Positions 51,450-59,840 of a stretch of 64,000 nucleotides of DNA are shown here, piece after piece (positions within the stretch are counted from its first letter, which is position 1; each line of letters starts with the position of its first letter). Made by a program: the position numbers and the translations under genes. The DNA is from Verrucomicrobiota bacterium (GTDB lineage Bacteria > Verrucomicrobiota > Verrucomicrobiia > Palsa-1439): contig PLZV01000022.1 of NCBI GenBank assembly GCA_003152315.1, forward strand, positions 65,671-129,670, read 5' to 3'. The notes under the pieces were generated by a model. That model saw only the letters and a list, made by a program, of their open reading frames with translations. It made no database searches and was not told where the DNA came from.

Positions 51450-51535
51450 CGATTGCGTGACGACGCTGTGGCGTGCTAGGGTTCCCCTTGCTCCCGCGCG
51501 CCACAGCGTGCCACGACACAGTCACTGACGTATCA

Positions 51536-51919
51536 TCAGTACGCGCCCCAGTCGATGCCCACACCATCCAGGGACGACTTGGTCGATGCGTTCACCGCAA
51601 TCTGGGTGCCCCCGACCACGGTGAGTGCATAGGAATTGCCGAGGAGGTCATTTGGTTTCCAAGTGGTCTTCAAGTACGTTTGCGCGGCGACGGTATCGAT
51701 GGTGTTGCCATCCGTCTGCCCGGTCTCAAGAGCCCATTGATTGATGGCGGAATCCATCTGACGGCAGTCGTTCAGGATGCGGCGGCCCTGCGATTGCTTG
51801 CGCGCTTTGACGAAACCTGGAATCGCCAGGGCGGCCAACAATCCAATAATTGCGACGACTATCATTATTTCAACCAGAGTGAAACCCTGGTTATCCCGTT
51901 TGAGATTATTATATCTCAT
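51536..51919 (-). CDS. Type IV pilin / prepilin-type N-terminal cleavage-methylation protein
   Basis: Short basic leader followed by G|FTLVEIMIVVAIIGLLAALAIP. Confidence 0.9.
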   Translation of the reverse strand: MRYNNLKRDNQGFTLVEIMIVVAIIGLLAALAIPGFVKARKQSQGRRILNDCRQMDSAINQWALETGQTDGNTIDTVAAQTYLKTTWKPNDLLGNSYALTVVGGTQIAVNASTKSSLDGVGIDWGAY

Positions 51920-51981
51920 AACTCCCTCTGCTCCCTTAAGTATGATGTTGATTATTGCTGTTCCCACGGGAGTAATCCGGC

Positions 51982-52000
51982 AGCACTGGAGATGCCAAAA
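51982..52000 (-). promoter_or_regulatory. Sigma54-type promoter upstream of the pilin-like gene
   Basis: TTTTGGCATCTCCAGTGCT with GG-N10-GC spacing, ~60 nt before the ATG. Confidence 0.5.
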
Positions 52001-52048
52001 GCTAACTAGCGGATAACCCTACTGGTTAGTTTATACTTGGCAACCTAA

Positions 52049-52630
52049 CTATGCTGATTCGCCTCTTGGCGGGCCGATGATTTCGGCGGAGATAACGATA
52101 TTCCGGATGTTCTGTCGGTCGCGCAAAGCTTGTGCCCACTGTGTGGCGCGCGACGGTTGCGTCGGTGCCGGTGCGTCCGCAATCGTTTGCTTTAGCTCGG
52201 GCGCATCCGTGACCGGCTCTGGCGTGGGGGGTGAAGGAGGGGGCGACGCTGTGGGAATGGGTGGCGGAGCGACGGGCGGGATCGGCGTTGGTTGGCCGCT
52301 TAACTGTTCCACAAAGCGGCGGATCTGATCAGCGTCGATTCTTCCGGCTTTGCCCGCCGGCGCGGTAACAGAGCGGGGACCCATCGGTGCCGCAGTCCGC
52401 GGGACCGTCGCGGTCGTGCGCGGCGACGGCACCACCACCGGGCGCGGTTGTGGCTGCCGGCGTGGTTGCGCTTGCGGGCGTGACGTCCTGGGGAAGGCCA
52501 CCGGCGGCGTTTCGTCCGAATCAGTCGTGTCTTCATCGGCCGGCTTTTGTAGCTTCGTCAAGCCTTTGACGATGGCGACCACGATGACAATGATCACCCA
52601 AATCAGGCCGTCGATATTGGCAAGTTTCAC
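52049..52630 (-). CDS. Single-TM proline-rich protein (position equivalent to YqfB in floA operons)
   Basis: N-terminal TM, Pro-rich linker and C-terminal RNIVISAEIIGPP; directly downstream of floA. Confidence 0.7.
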   Translation of the reverse strand: MKLANIDGLIWVIIVIVVAIVKGLTKLQKPADEDTTDSDETPPVAFPRTSRPQAQPRRQPQPRPVVVPSPRTTATVPRTAAPMGPRSVTAPAGKAGRIDADQIRRFVEQLSGQPTPIPPVAPPPIPTASPPPSPPTPEPVTDAPELKQTIADAPAPTQPSRATQWAQALRDRQNIRNIVISAEIIGPPRGESA

Positions 52631-52634
52631 GATT

Positions 52635-53669
52635 CTAACTGGCTGTGCCGGATTTGCTGACGTCTTCTCCCGCTATCGACTGGCGCATCCGGGTATCTGA
52701 TTGGATGTTCTGCATGCGATAGTAATCCATGACGCCGAGCCGGCCGCTGCGGAATGCTTCCGCCATAGCCATTGGAATCTGGGCCTCCGCTTCGACGACC
52801 TTCGCGCGCATCTCTTGCGTGCGGGCCTTCATTTCCTGTTCGTTGGCAACCGCGATGGCGCGCCGCGTTTCGGCGTTGGCGATGGCCATCTGCTTGTTGG
52901 CTTCGGCTTGTTCCTGCTGCAGACGCGCGCCGATGTTGTCGCCGACGTCGACATCCGCAATATCAATGGACATGATGCCAAAGGCCGTGCTGGCATCGAG
53001 TCCCTTTTCCAATACGCGCTTGGAGATCGTGTCGGGATTCTCCAGCACATCCTTGTAGGAATTCGCCGAGCCGATGGCCGTGACGATGCCTTCGCCGACA
53101 CGGGCAATGATGGTCTCCTCCGTGGCGCCGCCGACAAACCGGTCGAGATGCGTGCGCACCGTGACCCGCGCCTTGACCTGAAGCTGGATGCCGTCCTTCG
53201 CAACGGCGGCGATCGTTTGCTTGCCGCTGGCCGGGTTGGGGCAGTCGATGACCTTGGGGTTCACGGAGGTCATCACGGCTTCGAACACGCTCTTGCCGGA
53301 CTGATGGGTGGCGAGGTCGATGGCTGCCGCCTGGTTGAAGCCAAGATTCAAGTTGGCTTTTTCCGCAGCGATGAGGGCACGGACGACCTGGTTGACATCG
53401 CCACCAGCCAGATAATGCGCTTCGAGTTGGTCGGTCGTGAGGGGTATACCGGCTTTCACCGCGGTGATGCGGCTCTGGACGACCAGTCCGATGGGCACGC
53501 GCCGCAGCCGCATGCTCAATAGCGTGAGGAACGACACCGGTGCGCCGGTCATGCGGGCTTGAATCCAAATATTGATAAATGAAAGGACCACAAAGAAAAC
53601 GATCAAGACGACGATGATGCCGACCGCCAAGAGCGCCATCAGAATGAGTGAGCCAATGTTGTTTTCCAT
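52635..53669 (-). CDS. floA: Flotillin-like protein FloA (YqfA)
   Basis: [53 protein letters not shown] and GVMDYY. Confidence 0.93.
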   Translation of the reverse strand: MENNIGSLILMALLAVGIIVVLIVFFVVLSFINIWIQARMTGAPVSFLTLLSMRLRRVPIGLVVQSRITAVKAGIPLTTDQLEAHYLAGGDVNQVVRALIAAEKANLNLGFNQAAAIDLATHQSGKSVFEAVMTSVNPKVIDCPNPASGKQTIAAVAKDGIQLQVKARVTVRTHLDRFVGGATEETIIARVGEGIVTAIGSANSYKDVLENPDTISKRVLEKGLDASTAFGIMSIDIADVDVGDNIGARLQQEQAEANKQMAIANAETRRAIAVANEQEMKARTQEMRAKVVEAEAQIPMAMAEAFRSGRLGVMDYYRMQNIQSDTRMRQSIAGEDVSKSGTAS

Positions 53670-53682
53670 AATTCCATTTCCT

Positions 53683-54159
53683 TTAACCAAGTTTCCTTAC
53701 CACGAGTCGATTTTTATGCACCGCCACAATTTTGATGGGACTGCCGCTCTCGATCATGCCGGATTCGGCCTCCACATCGAGCCGTTTGCCACCAATCATC
53801 GCCATGCCTGCGGGCCGCAACACCGTCTGGGCGACCCCTTCGCGCCCGATCCATTCCTTCACTCGCTCCGCCGGGGCGCTGGCACCCGTTTCCATCTTTG
53901 CCAAAATCATTTTCCGGCCGACAGCCGTCCGCGGGAAATACTTGATGGAGGCATAACCCACACCGAGGCCCAGCGCTACTTCCATACAGAACAGGGCGAT
54001 CGTCTGATCCCGGCTGCCGGTGCTACTGTAACAGATTGCCGTCGCGAACAACATCAGCACCGCGCCGATACTGCCCAGCACAAGGCTGGGCAGGTAAAAC
54101 TCGACGGCGATGAACACCAGACCCACGACTGTTAGCAGGACAATGGCCGTCCAGTTCAT
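53683..54159 (-). CDS. Short NfeD-family protein (TM plus OB fold)
   Basis: Three TM segments followed by [14 protein letters not shown] and a C-terminal OB-like strand. Confidence 0.85.
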   Translation of the reverse strand: MNWTAIVLLTVVGLVFIAVEFYLPSLVLGSIGAVLMLFATAICYSSTGSRDQTIALFCMEVALGLGVGYASIKYFPRTAVGRKMILAKMETGASAPAERVKEWIGREGVAQTVLRPAGMAMIGGKRLDVEAESGMIESGSPIKIVAVHKNRLVVRKLG

Positions 54160-54166
54160 ATCGCTC

Positions 54167-55615
54167 CTACGCCATTGCCTTCACCACGACGCGGCTGCCC
54201 TGGACTTCCACAATCGTGATCGGCTTGCCCCTTTCGATCAGATCGCCCTCCGTCACAACATCCACCAGCTTGTCGCCAAAGCGCCCTTTGCCGGACGGAC
54301 GCAGGTTTGTCTCCGCGACACCGGCCGCGCCGAGTAATGCTTTTGCTTCGCCCAGGCTCGCCGAGTACCCTTCCGCCGTGTTCGTTGCCGCCACCAGTTC
54401 CATTTTCCGAAACAGTGTGCTCTTTGGCAGGTAGCGGCCGAGCAGTATCGCGACCAGGAAGGCGCCGATCATACTTCCGAATACTTTCATCAGCGGGAAC
54501 TGCACCTGCTCCCAGCTCGGCAGTATCGGGCCGCCCGGAACATGGCCGGTCATAGCCAGCACCAGGGCCGCCAGCACCGCGACCGTGCCCAGTGCCGCAG
54601 AAAGAAAGTGACCCGGAAACAGGAAGAACTCCAGCGCCAGCAGTAACAGCCCGAAAACAAACAGCCCCACTTCCTCCCAGCCCGCCAGTCCTGCCACGAA
54701 ATAGCCGAGGAAATAAATGGCAAAACAAATCACGGCCACAATTGCCGGCAGCGCGACGCCGGGGTGTGACAACTCGATGTACAAGGCGAGGAATCCAACC
54801 AGGATGAGCAGCGGGGAGATCGTCGTAATCCACCGGGCCAGTTGCTCGAATCCGGACGGTGCCACTTCGAACGTGCGGGCTCCCGACAACCCGACTTTCT
54901 GGAACAACTCATCAAGTGATTTTACCGTGCCCGCGGACAACAGCGGTGTGGGTGGGTGACCGTACTCGCGAGCCGCCTCTTCATTTGTCAGGGTCAATAG
55001 TTTGCCCTTGGGTGTGATCTCCTTGCCGTCAATGGTCAACCCAAGCTCGGCATCAACCATCGCCTCGAAGACCGCCGCGTTATGGCCTTTCTCCTGCGCC
55101 GCGCTGCGAATCCGTCCGCGCATGGCCGAAATATTTTTTTCCTCATCACTCTTCGGCAACTGCTGCACCCCCGAGGGGCCAACCACTATGGGCGTCGCGG
55201 CGCCAATCACGCTTCCGGGCGCCATGAAAATCTTGTCCGTGGCCGCGGCGATGTAGGCCCCGGCCGAGTAGGCCTTGTCATCCACGTACGTGTAGGTCTT
55301 CATCGGCGCGCGACCGAGCAGGCCAATGATCTCTTCCATCACGTCCACGCTGCCGCCGTTGGTCCGCATCTCGATCACGACCGCCGCCGCCTTCTTCTCT
55401 TCCGCCTCACGCAACCCGCGCCGGACCAGGTACAGCGTGTTGGGTGTGATGTCCTCGTGAATGGTCAGGACGCACACGGATGGGTTATCGGCGGCGCGGA
55501 CGGAAACCGGGACGGCCAGCGCTACCGTAAGGGCCATCACGGCCCGCACCAGAAACAGCACCACGCCGCACCCGTCGATCTTCGCACTCGGACGCTCTGT
55601 CTGCCTCAACAACAT
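54167..55615 (-). CDS. Long NfeD-family membrane serine protease (ClpP-like plus TM plus OB fold)
   Basis: TNGGSV, AYSAGAYIA, MAPGSVIGAATP, LLTLT and TNLRPSG. Start uncertain. Confidence 0.88.
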   Translation of the reverse strand: MLLRQTERPSAKIDGCGVVLFLVRAVMALTVALAVPVSVRAADNPSVCVLTIHEDITPNTLYLVRRGLREAEEKKAAAVVIEMRTNGGSVDVMEEIIGLLGRAPMKTYTYVDDKAYSAGAYIAAATDKIFMAPGSVIGAATPIVVGPSGVQQLPKSDEEKNISAMRGRIRSAAQEKGHNAAVFEAMVDAELGLTIDGKEITPKGKLLTLTNEEAAREYGHPPTPLLSAGTVKSLDELFQKVGLSGARTFEVAPSGFEQLARWITTISPLLILVGFLALYIELSHPGVALPAIVAVICFAIYFLGYFVAGLAGWEEVGLFVFGLLLLALEFFLFPGHFLSAALGTVAVLAALVLAMTGHVPGGPILPSWEQVQFPLMKVFGSMIGAFLVAILLGRYLPKSTLFRKMELVAATNTAEGYSASLGEAKALLGAAGVAETNLRPSGKGRFGDKLVDVVTEGDLIERGKPITIVEVQGSRVVVKAMA

Positions 55616-55841
55616 TGCCTCAACTCCTTCCACCGTATCGTGCCGCAATGGTGCAGCCAGCGCCACTATAAAAGCATACCCTCGTTTGTAATGACCTCCA
55701 GACGCTCCATTCCCATCCTGGTGGCATCACCTCTACAGATTGACCTGTGCGGCTGCATGGTGACTTTGTCCTTGATCTTTACGCCCAAGCAAATGAAGAT
55801 TGCTGCCCAGATCACTTCCAGACGGAAAGGGAGAAGGCGCC

Positions 55842-56717
55842 ATGAGAATGAATTTGTGCAAGGAATATTTTTACCTCAAGAGCCTCGGTGTATTATTGCT
55901 CGGTGCGGCGATCACGAGTTGTTCCCCGAGCGAGACCGCCACACCCGCAAAATCTGATAAATCGGGAGCCGTCGTTCTCACCGGCTCGAACACGATTGGC
56001 GAGGAATTGGCGCCCCGGCTGATTGCCGAGTACAAGAAAGATCATCCAGCCGCGACGTTTCAAACCGAATTCAAAGGAACCGGGTATGGAGTGGCGGCAA
56101 TGCTGGGTGGACTCAGCGACATCGCGGCAGCTTCCCGGGTGCTCACCACGAACGAAATGGAGTTGGCCCGGACTCGCAATATCAATTGTAACGATTACAC
56201 CATCGGCTCGTACAGCGTCGCGGTGATTGTCAATCTTGGCAACTCTGTCGGAAATCTGACACGGGACCAGGTGCGGGACGTTTTTACCGGCGTTATCCAG
56301 AACTGGAAGGAAGTGGGTGGGTCGGATGGGCCCATTCACCTGTACATCCGCGACCCCATTTCCGGAACGCACCTGGGCTTTCGCGAGTTGGCGATGGAGA
56401 ACAAGCCGTACGGCGCAAGCATGAAGACCTTCCCCAGTTACGCGGCCATCGTTCAGGAGGTTGCCGGCGATGCGAACGGAATTGGTTATAGCAGCATTGA
56501 GTTGTCGACGAAACCCAACGTCAAAGGCGTGTCCATCGGCGGAATCGCCCCGACGTCTGCGATGGTGAACCAGGGCCAGTATCCCTATGCGCGCGTTTTG
56601 CATCTTTTTACCGACAAGGACAAGGAAGCACCTGCGGCGCACGATTTTATTCAATTTGTCCAATCTTCCACGGGACAAAAGCTCCTCGATCAACTGGGCT
56701 TCATACCACATTCGTAA
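55842..56717 (+). CDS. pstS: PstS-family phosphate-binding lipoprotein
   Basis: Lipobox ITSC, GSNTI, DIAAASR, RDPISGT, GIGY and YPYARVL. Confidence 0.85.
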   Translation: MRMNLCKEYFYLKSLGVLLLGAAITSCSPSETATPAKSDKSGAVVLTGSNTIGEELAPRLIAEYKKDHPAATFQTEFKGTGYGVAAMLGGLSDIAAASRVLTTNEMELARTRNINCNDYTIGSYSVAVIVNLGNSVGNLTRDQVRDVFTGVIQNWKEVGGSDGPIHLYIRDPISGTHLGFRELAMENKPYGASMKTFPSYAAIVQEVAGDANGIGYSSIELSTKPNVKGVSIGGIAPTSAMVNQGQYPYARVLHLFTDKDKEAPAAHDFIQFVQSSTGQKLLDQLGFIPHS

Positions 56718-56871
56718 GTCGCGACCGGAAGTCGGCATCGTCAATCAGTCACCGACTTACGGTCGTTTGTTCGCGGTCCAAGCCTCCGGCAACCTTCCTC
56801 TCCGACTGGCCCTGCTTCTTCCGCTTTGCCGTTGGAGTTGGCGGCAGGGCGCACAAATAGTTGAGAGGGAC

Positions 56872-58017
56872 ATGAATCGCGCATTCATCAGCATTGTGAT
56901 TGGCCTCGCGCTTCTAGGTGACACACCGAACCTCCCCGCCGAGACGGCGCAATCGACACCGACCGCGACGCCCGAGCAAACGCTCTCGCCCGCTCAAGTG
57001 GCCCAGAGGCAGTTCGATTTCGGCGTGCAGTTGATGCGTGATCGCAAGTGGGCGGGCGCGGCGCAGGCGTTCGAACGGGCGATCCGTGCGCGCACGAATT
57101 TCCCGCAAGCGTATTACAACTGGGGCATCTCGCTCGTGCAACTCGGCAAACAGGGTTTGACGGGGCCGGAGCAGTTGCAGTCCTTCCAGGCCGCCGCCGA
57201 GAAGTTCAGCAGGGCGGCAGCCCAGAAGCCGGACGACAAGCTTACTTATGCGTCCTGGAGCGAGACCCTCGTGTTGATCGGTGATTTGCCCGTGGAATCC
57301 CGCATCCGCCTGGCTTGTTATCAAGGCGCTGTGGAGAAATGCCGCAAAGCCGCCGAACTCGCGCCCGACGACTGGGAATCCTACAACCAGTGGGCGGTGA
57401 TCCTCTCCACAAAACTGCCCGATTATGCCGTGAACGATCGGGCGCGTTTTCAGTTGTATAAGGAGGCTGCGGCGCTCTTCGCCAAGACTGCCGAACATGC
57501 GCGCTTCAGCGGCGAGATCAGCCCCGTGTGCAACAACTGGGCCAGTGCGCTCGTGCGCGCGGCGCAGGTCACGACCGACCGTGAGATGGAGCAATCACTG
57601 CTGCGCGAGGCGCTGGAGAAATTCGAGCGCGCCGCGAGGGCGCAACCGGGCGCGGCGGCCACGTACACGATGTGGGGCGACGCGCTCATTGATTTGGGCA
57701 GGGTCAGCCGCCTCCGGGGCGATTTCCGCGATGCCATCGAGAAGTTCAACACCAGCCTCGCCCTGCGGCCCGATGACCCCGCCACGCTTTTCAGCCTCGC
57801 CCGCGTTTACGCGCAGCTCGACGATCCTGTCATGGCCGTGCAGAGCCTCAAGAAATGTTTCGACGTTGATACCAGCCGGCTTTATCGCCAGTCCGCGTTA
57901 CAGGATGCCGACCTCGCCGCCCTCCGCGGCACTCCCGAATTCGACGACCTGATGGGCAAGCCCGGCCCGCGCGGCCTCCCCAACTACAACCCCCACCTGA
58001 GCGACAGGCCGCAATAG
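56872..58017 (+). CDS. Secreted tetratricopeptide-repeat protein
   Basis: Signal-like N-terminus and repeated Y.NWG..L / A.EKF..A TPR units. ATG at 56872 after GAGGGA. Confidence 0.82.
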   Translation: MNRAFISIVIGLALLGDTPNLPAETAQSTPTATPEQTLSPAQVAQRQFDFGVQLMRDRKWAGAAQAFERAIRARTNFPQAYYNWGISLVQLGKQGLTGPEQLQSFQAAAEKFSRAAAQKPDDKLTYASWSETLVLIGDLPVESRIRLACYQGAVEKCRKAAELAPDDWESYNQWAVILSTKLPDYAVNDRARFQLYKEAAALFAKTAEHARFSGEISPVCNNWASALVRAAQVTTDREMEQSLLREALEKFERAARAQPGAAATYTMWGDALIDLGRVSRLRGDFRDAIEKFNTSLALRPDDPATLFSLARVYAQLDDPVMAVQSLKKCFDVDTSRLYRQSALQDADLAALRGTPEFDDLMGKPGPRGLPNYNPHLSDRPQ

Positions 58018-58223
58018 CCGATACTTCCACGAATTGCCCGAAGCAGACACGAAGAGCACGGAGTGGGGTGGGATGGCTACAAGTGTGTGATTATGGGGGA
58101 CTGAACCTTGGCGACAGCATTCTTCTACGGGATCGGCTCGCGTCTCTCGAGGAATCCGTTAATCTCCTCGACTGAATGCTCATCGAGATGGGGGCTGATC
58201 TCTACGGCTATCATACCAGCACC

Positions 58224-58304
58224 ATGTGTGGCCGCTACACTCTAACCGCTGACTTGAAGAAAGTGGCGGACCGGTTCGGGGCGACGGTGCGGGGATTGAG
58301 GTAA
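58224..58304 (+). pseudogene. 5' remnant of an SRAP (YedK/HMCES-type SOS response-associated peptidase) gene
   Basis: Translates as MCGRYTLTADLKKVADRFGATVRGLR*, the diagnostic MCGRY start. It stops before the expected RYNIAP motif. Confidence 0.7.
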
Positions 58305-58344
58305 GGAACTCAGCCCAAGCCGAATCGAGACGACCTTAACGACA

Positions 58345-58425
58345 GAGATGCTTCGACAAGCTCAGCATGACAGGCTGAGGAATTGAGGTAGAGCACCCAC
58401 CGCATTATCCCCTCCGAAGAGGGGA
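58345..58425. repeat. REP-like short elements
   Basis: GAGATGCTTCGACAAGCTCAGCATGACA (58345-58372) and hairpin TCCCCTC-cgaa-GAGGGGA (58408-58425). Confidence 0.45.
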
Positions 58426-58509
58426 ACATACTTGCCTATCGTTAAGCGATATTTTTTGCTGGACAAGGTGTTGGGGGAGGGGTATAGTTGGGGAAACTGG
58501 GAACAGATG

Positions 58510-58546
58510 AACGCTCAACATGAAACGCTCAACGCTCAACTTTCAA
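58510..58546. repeat. Heptamer repeat (AACGCTC x3 plus AACTTTC)
   Basis: aacgctcaacatgaaacgctcaacgctcaactttcaa. Confidence 0.7.
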
Positions 58547-58582
58547 GGGGCCGGGGAAAGACGACAGCGGATGGGCAAGCGC

Positions 58583-58607
58583 GGACGGCTGGGCCAGCCG
58601 TCCCTAC
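58583..58607 (-). repeat. GTAG-type REP palindrome
   Basis: Minus strand: GTAG-GGACGGCTGG-C-CCAGCCGTCC (perfect 10-bp inverted repeat). Confidence 0.75.
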
Positions 58608-58652
58608 CATTCTGGTTGCGACGGTTGTGGGGCATGTTTTGATGAACGGCGC

Positions 58653-58687
58653 GGCGCGATACCCACACGACAGGCATCGCGCCCTAC
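58653..58687 (-). repeat. Second GTAG-type REP palindrome
   Basis: Minus strand: GTAG-GGCGCGAT-(15 nt)-ATCGCGCC. Confidence 0.65.
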
Positions 58688-58741
58688 AATCTTCATTAAA
58701 ATCGCGAAGGGCAATGGGAGCTCAAAAACATGCGTTTCTGC

Positions 58742-58840
58742 GAAACGAACCGGATTGGCAAACGCGAAATTACGAATGGATGTGGCAGGGCTGCAGGAGG
58801 TTAGGATGCGCAGAAATATTTTTTCAATCCGGTTCGTTTC
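58742..58840. repeat. Element bounded by a perfect 16-bp inverted repeat
   Basis: GAAACGAACCGGATTG (58742-58757) pairs with CAATCCGGTTCGTTTC (58825-58840). Confidence 0.75.
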
Positions 58841-59069
58841 AGTTCGTAATGCTCATGCCCATTCGCATTACCCTTCGGGCCTCGAAACTACACGAGGCGG
58901 TTTGCCGCATACAACAGCGGCGTCTCGTCCGACTCGGCTTGCGCCTTCCCGAGGCGCTCGGCTTGGCAATGAAATGGACTCGTTTCAGGGAAACGAAACC
59001 ACAGAGGGAGTCGCGACGGTGACGTCCCTTCGACGTTCAAGCCCCGAATTGGAAACGCGCCAGAACCGA

Positions 59070-59840
59070 CTATCGGGTCGCCGCTTTGGAAGGGCGGGTC
59101 TTCGTGGGCTTCCCCACGAGCTCGCGCGCGGTCAAAGAGGTGTCGATATCCGGCACGCGGTAACGCAGCCAATGGATGGCGAAGCGCGCCAGTTCTTCGC
59201 CCGTCTTCAGATTCAGCTTCTCTTTGATGTGTTCCCGATGAGACGCCACTGTTTTGGAGCTGAGATGCAGACGGCGGGCGATTTCGTGGGTGGCATAGCC
59301 GTCGCCGATCAACTGGAAGACCTCCAACTCGCGGTTACTCAGTCGCTGGGCGAGGGAAGTGATCTTGCCCTCCGGCACGTTGCCCCCGATGCGGTTGACG
59401 ATCGAATCCCTGACCTTCTCGCTCAAATAGACCTGGCCGCGCAGCACCTGGCGGATCGCCTGCAACAGGATGGCCGTTTCCTGCTGCTTCATCACATAGC
59501 CCTTGGCGCCGGCGTGCAAGCTGCGTTCGGCATAGAGCGCCTCGTCGTGCATGGACAACACGAGCGTGGGCAGTTGCGGATAGCGTACTTTGACGTCCTT
59601 GATCAGTTCGATCCCATTGCCTTCGCCCAAGCCGATGTCCACGACGGCGATGTTGGGCCGCAACTTCTCGATCGCTGCCAGGGCGGCATGGGCATCCCGC
59701 GCCTGGCCGCAAACCTCCAGGTCCTGTTCCGCGTTGATCCGCTGGGCCAATCCCTCGCAAACGACCGGGTGATCGTCCACCAACAGAACTCGCTGCTTGA
59801 CGCCGACAGCTTCCAACTGTTTTCCCCGTGCGCTTTTCAT
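59070..59840 (-). CDS. NarL/LuxR-family response regulator
   Basis: LLVDDHP, VVDI, LSMH, GAKGYVMK and HTH LSNRELEVF...HLSSKTV. ATGA overlap with the kinase stop. Confidence 0.92.
   Translation of the reverse strand: MKSARGKQLEAVGVKQRVLLVDDHPVVCEGLAQRINAEQDLEVCGQARDAHAALAAIEKLRPNIAVVDIGLGEGNGIELIKDVKVRYPQLPTLVLSMHDEALYAERSLHAGAKGYVMKQQETAILLQAIRQVLRGQVYLSEKVRDSIVNRIGGNVPEGKITSLAQRLSNRELEVFQLIGDGYATHEIARRLHLSSKTVASHREHIKEKLNLKTGEELARFAIHWLRYRVPDIDTSLTARELVGKPTKTRPSKAATR

Noticed and set aside
58432..59022. 196-aa ORF across the repeat mosaic
   Set aside because: TTG start, and the translation simply reads through REP-like palindromes and heptamer repeats; no protein motif.
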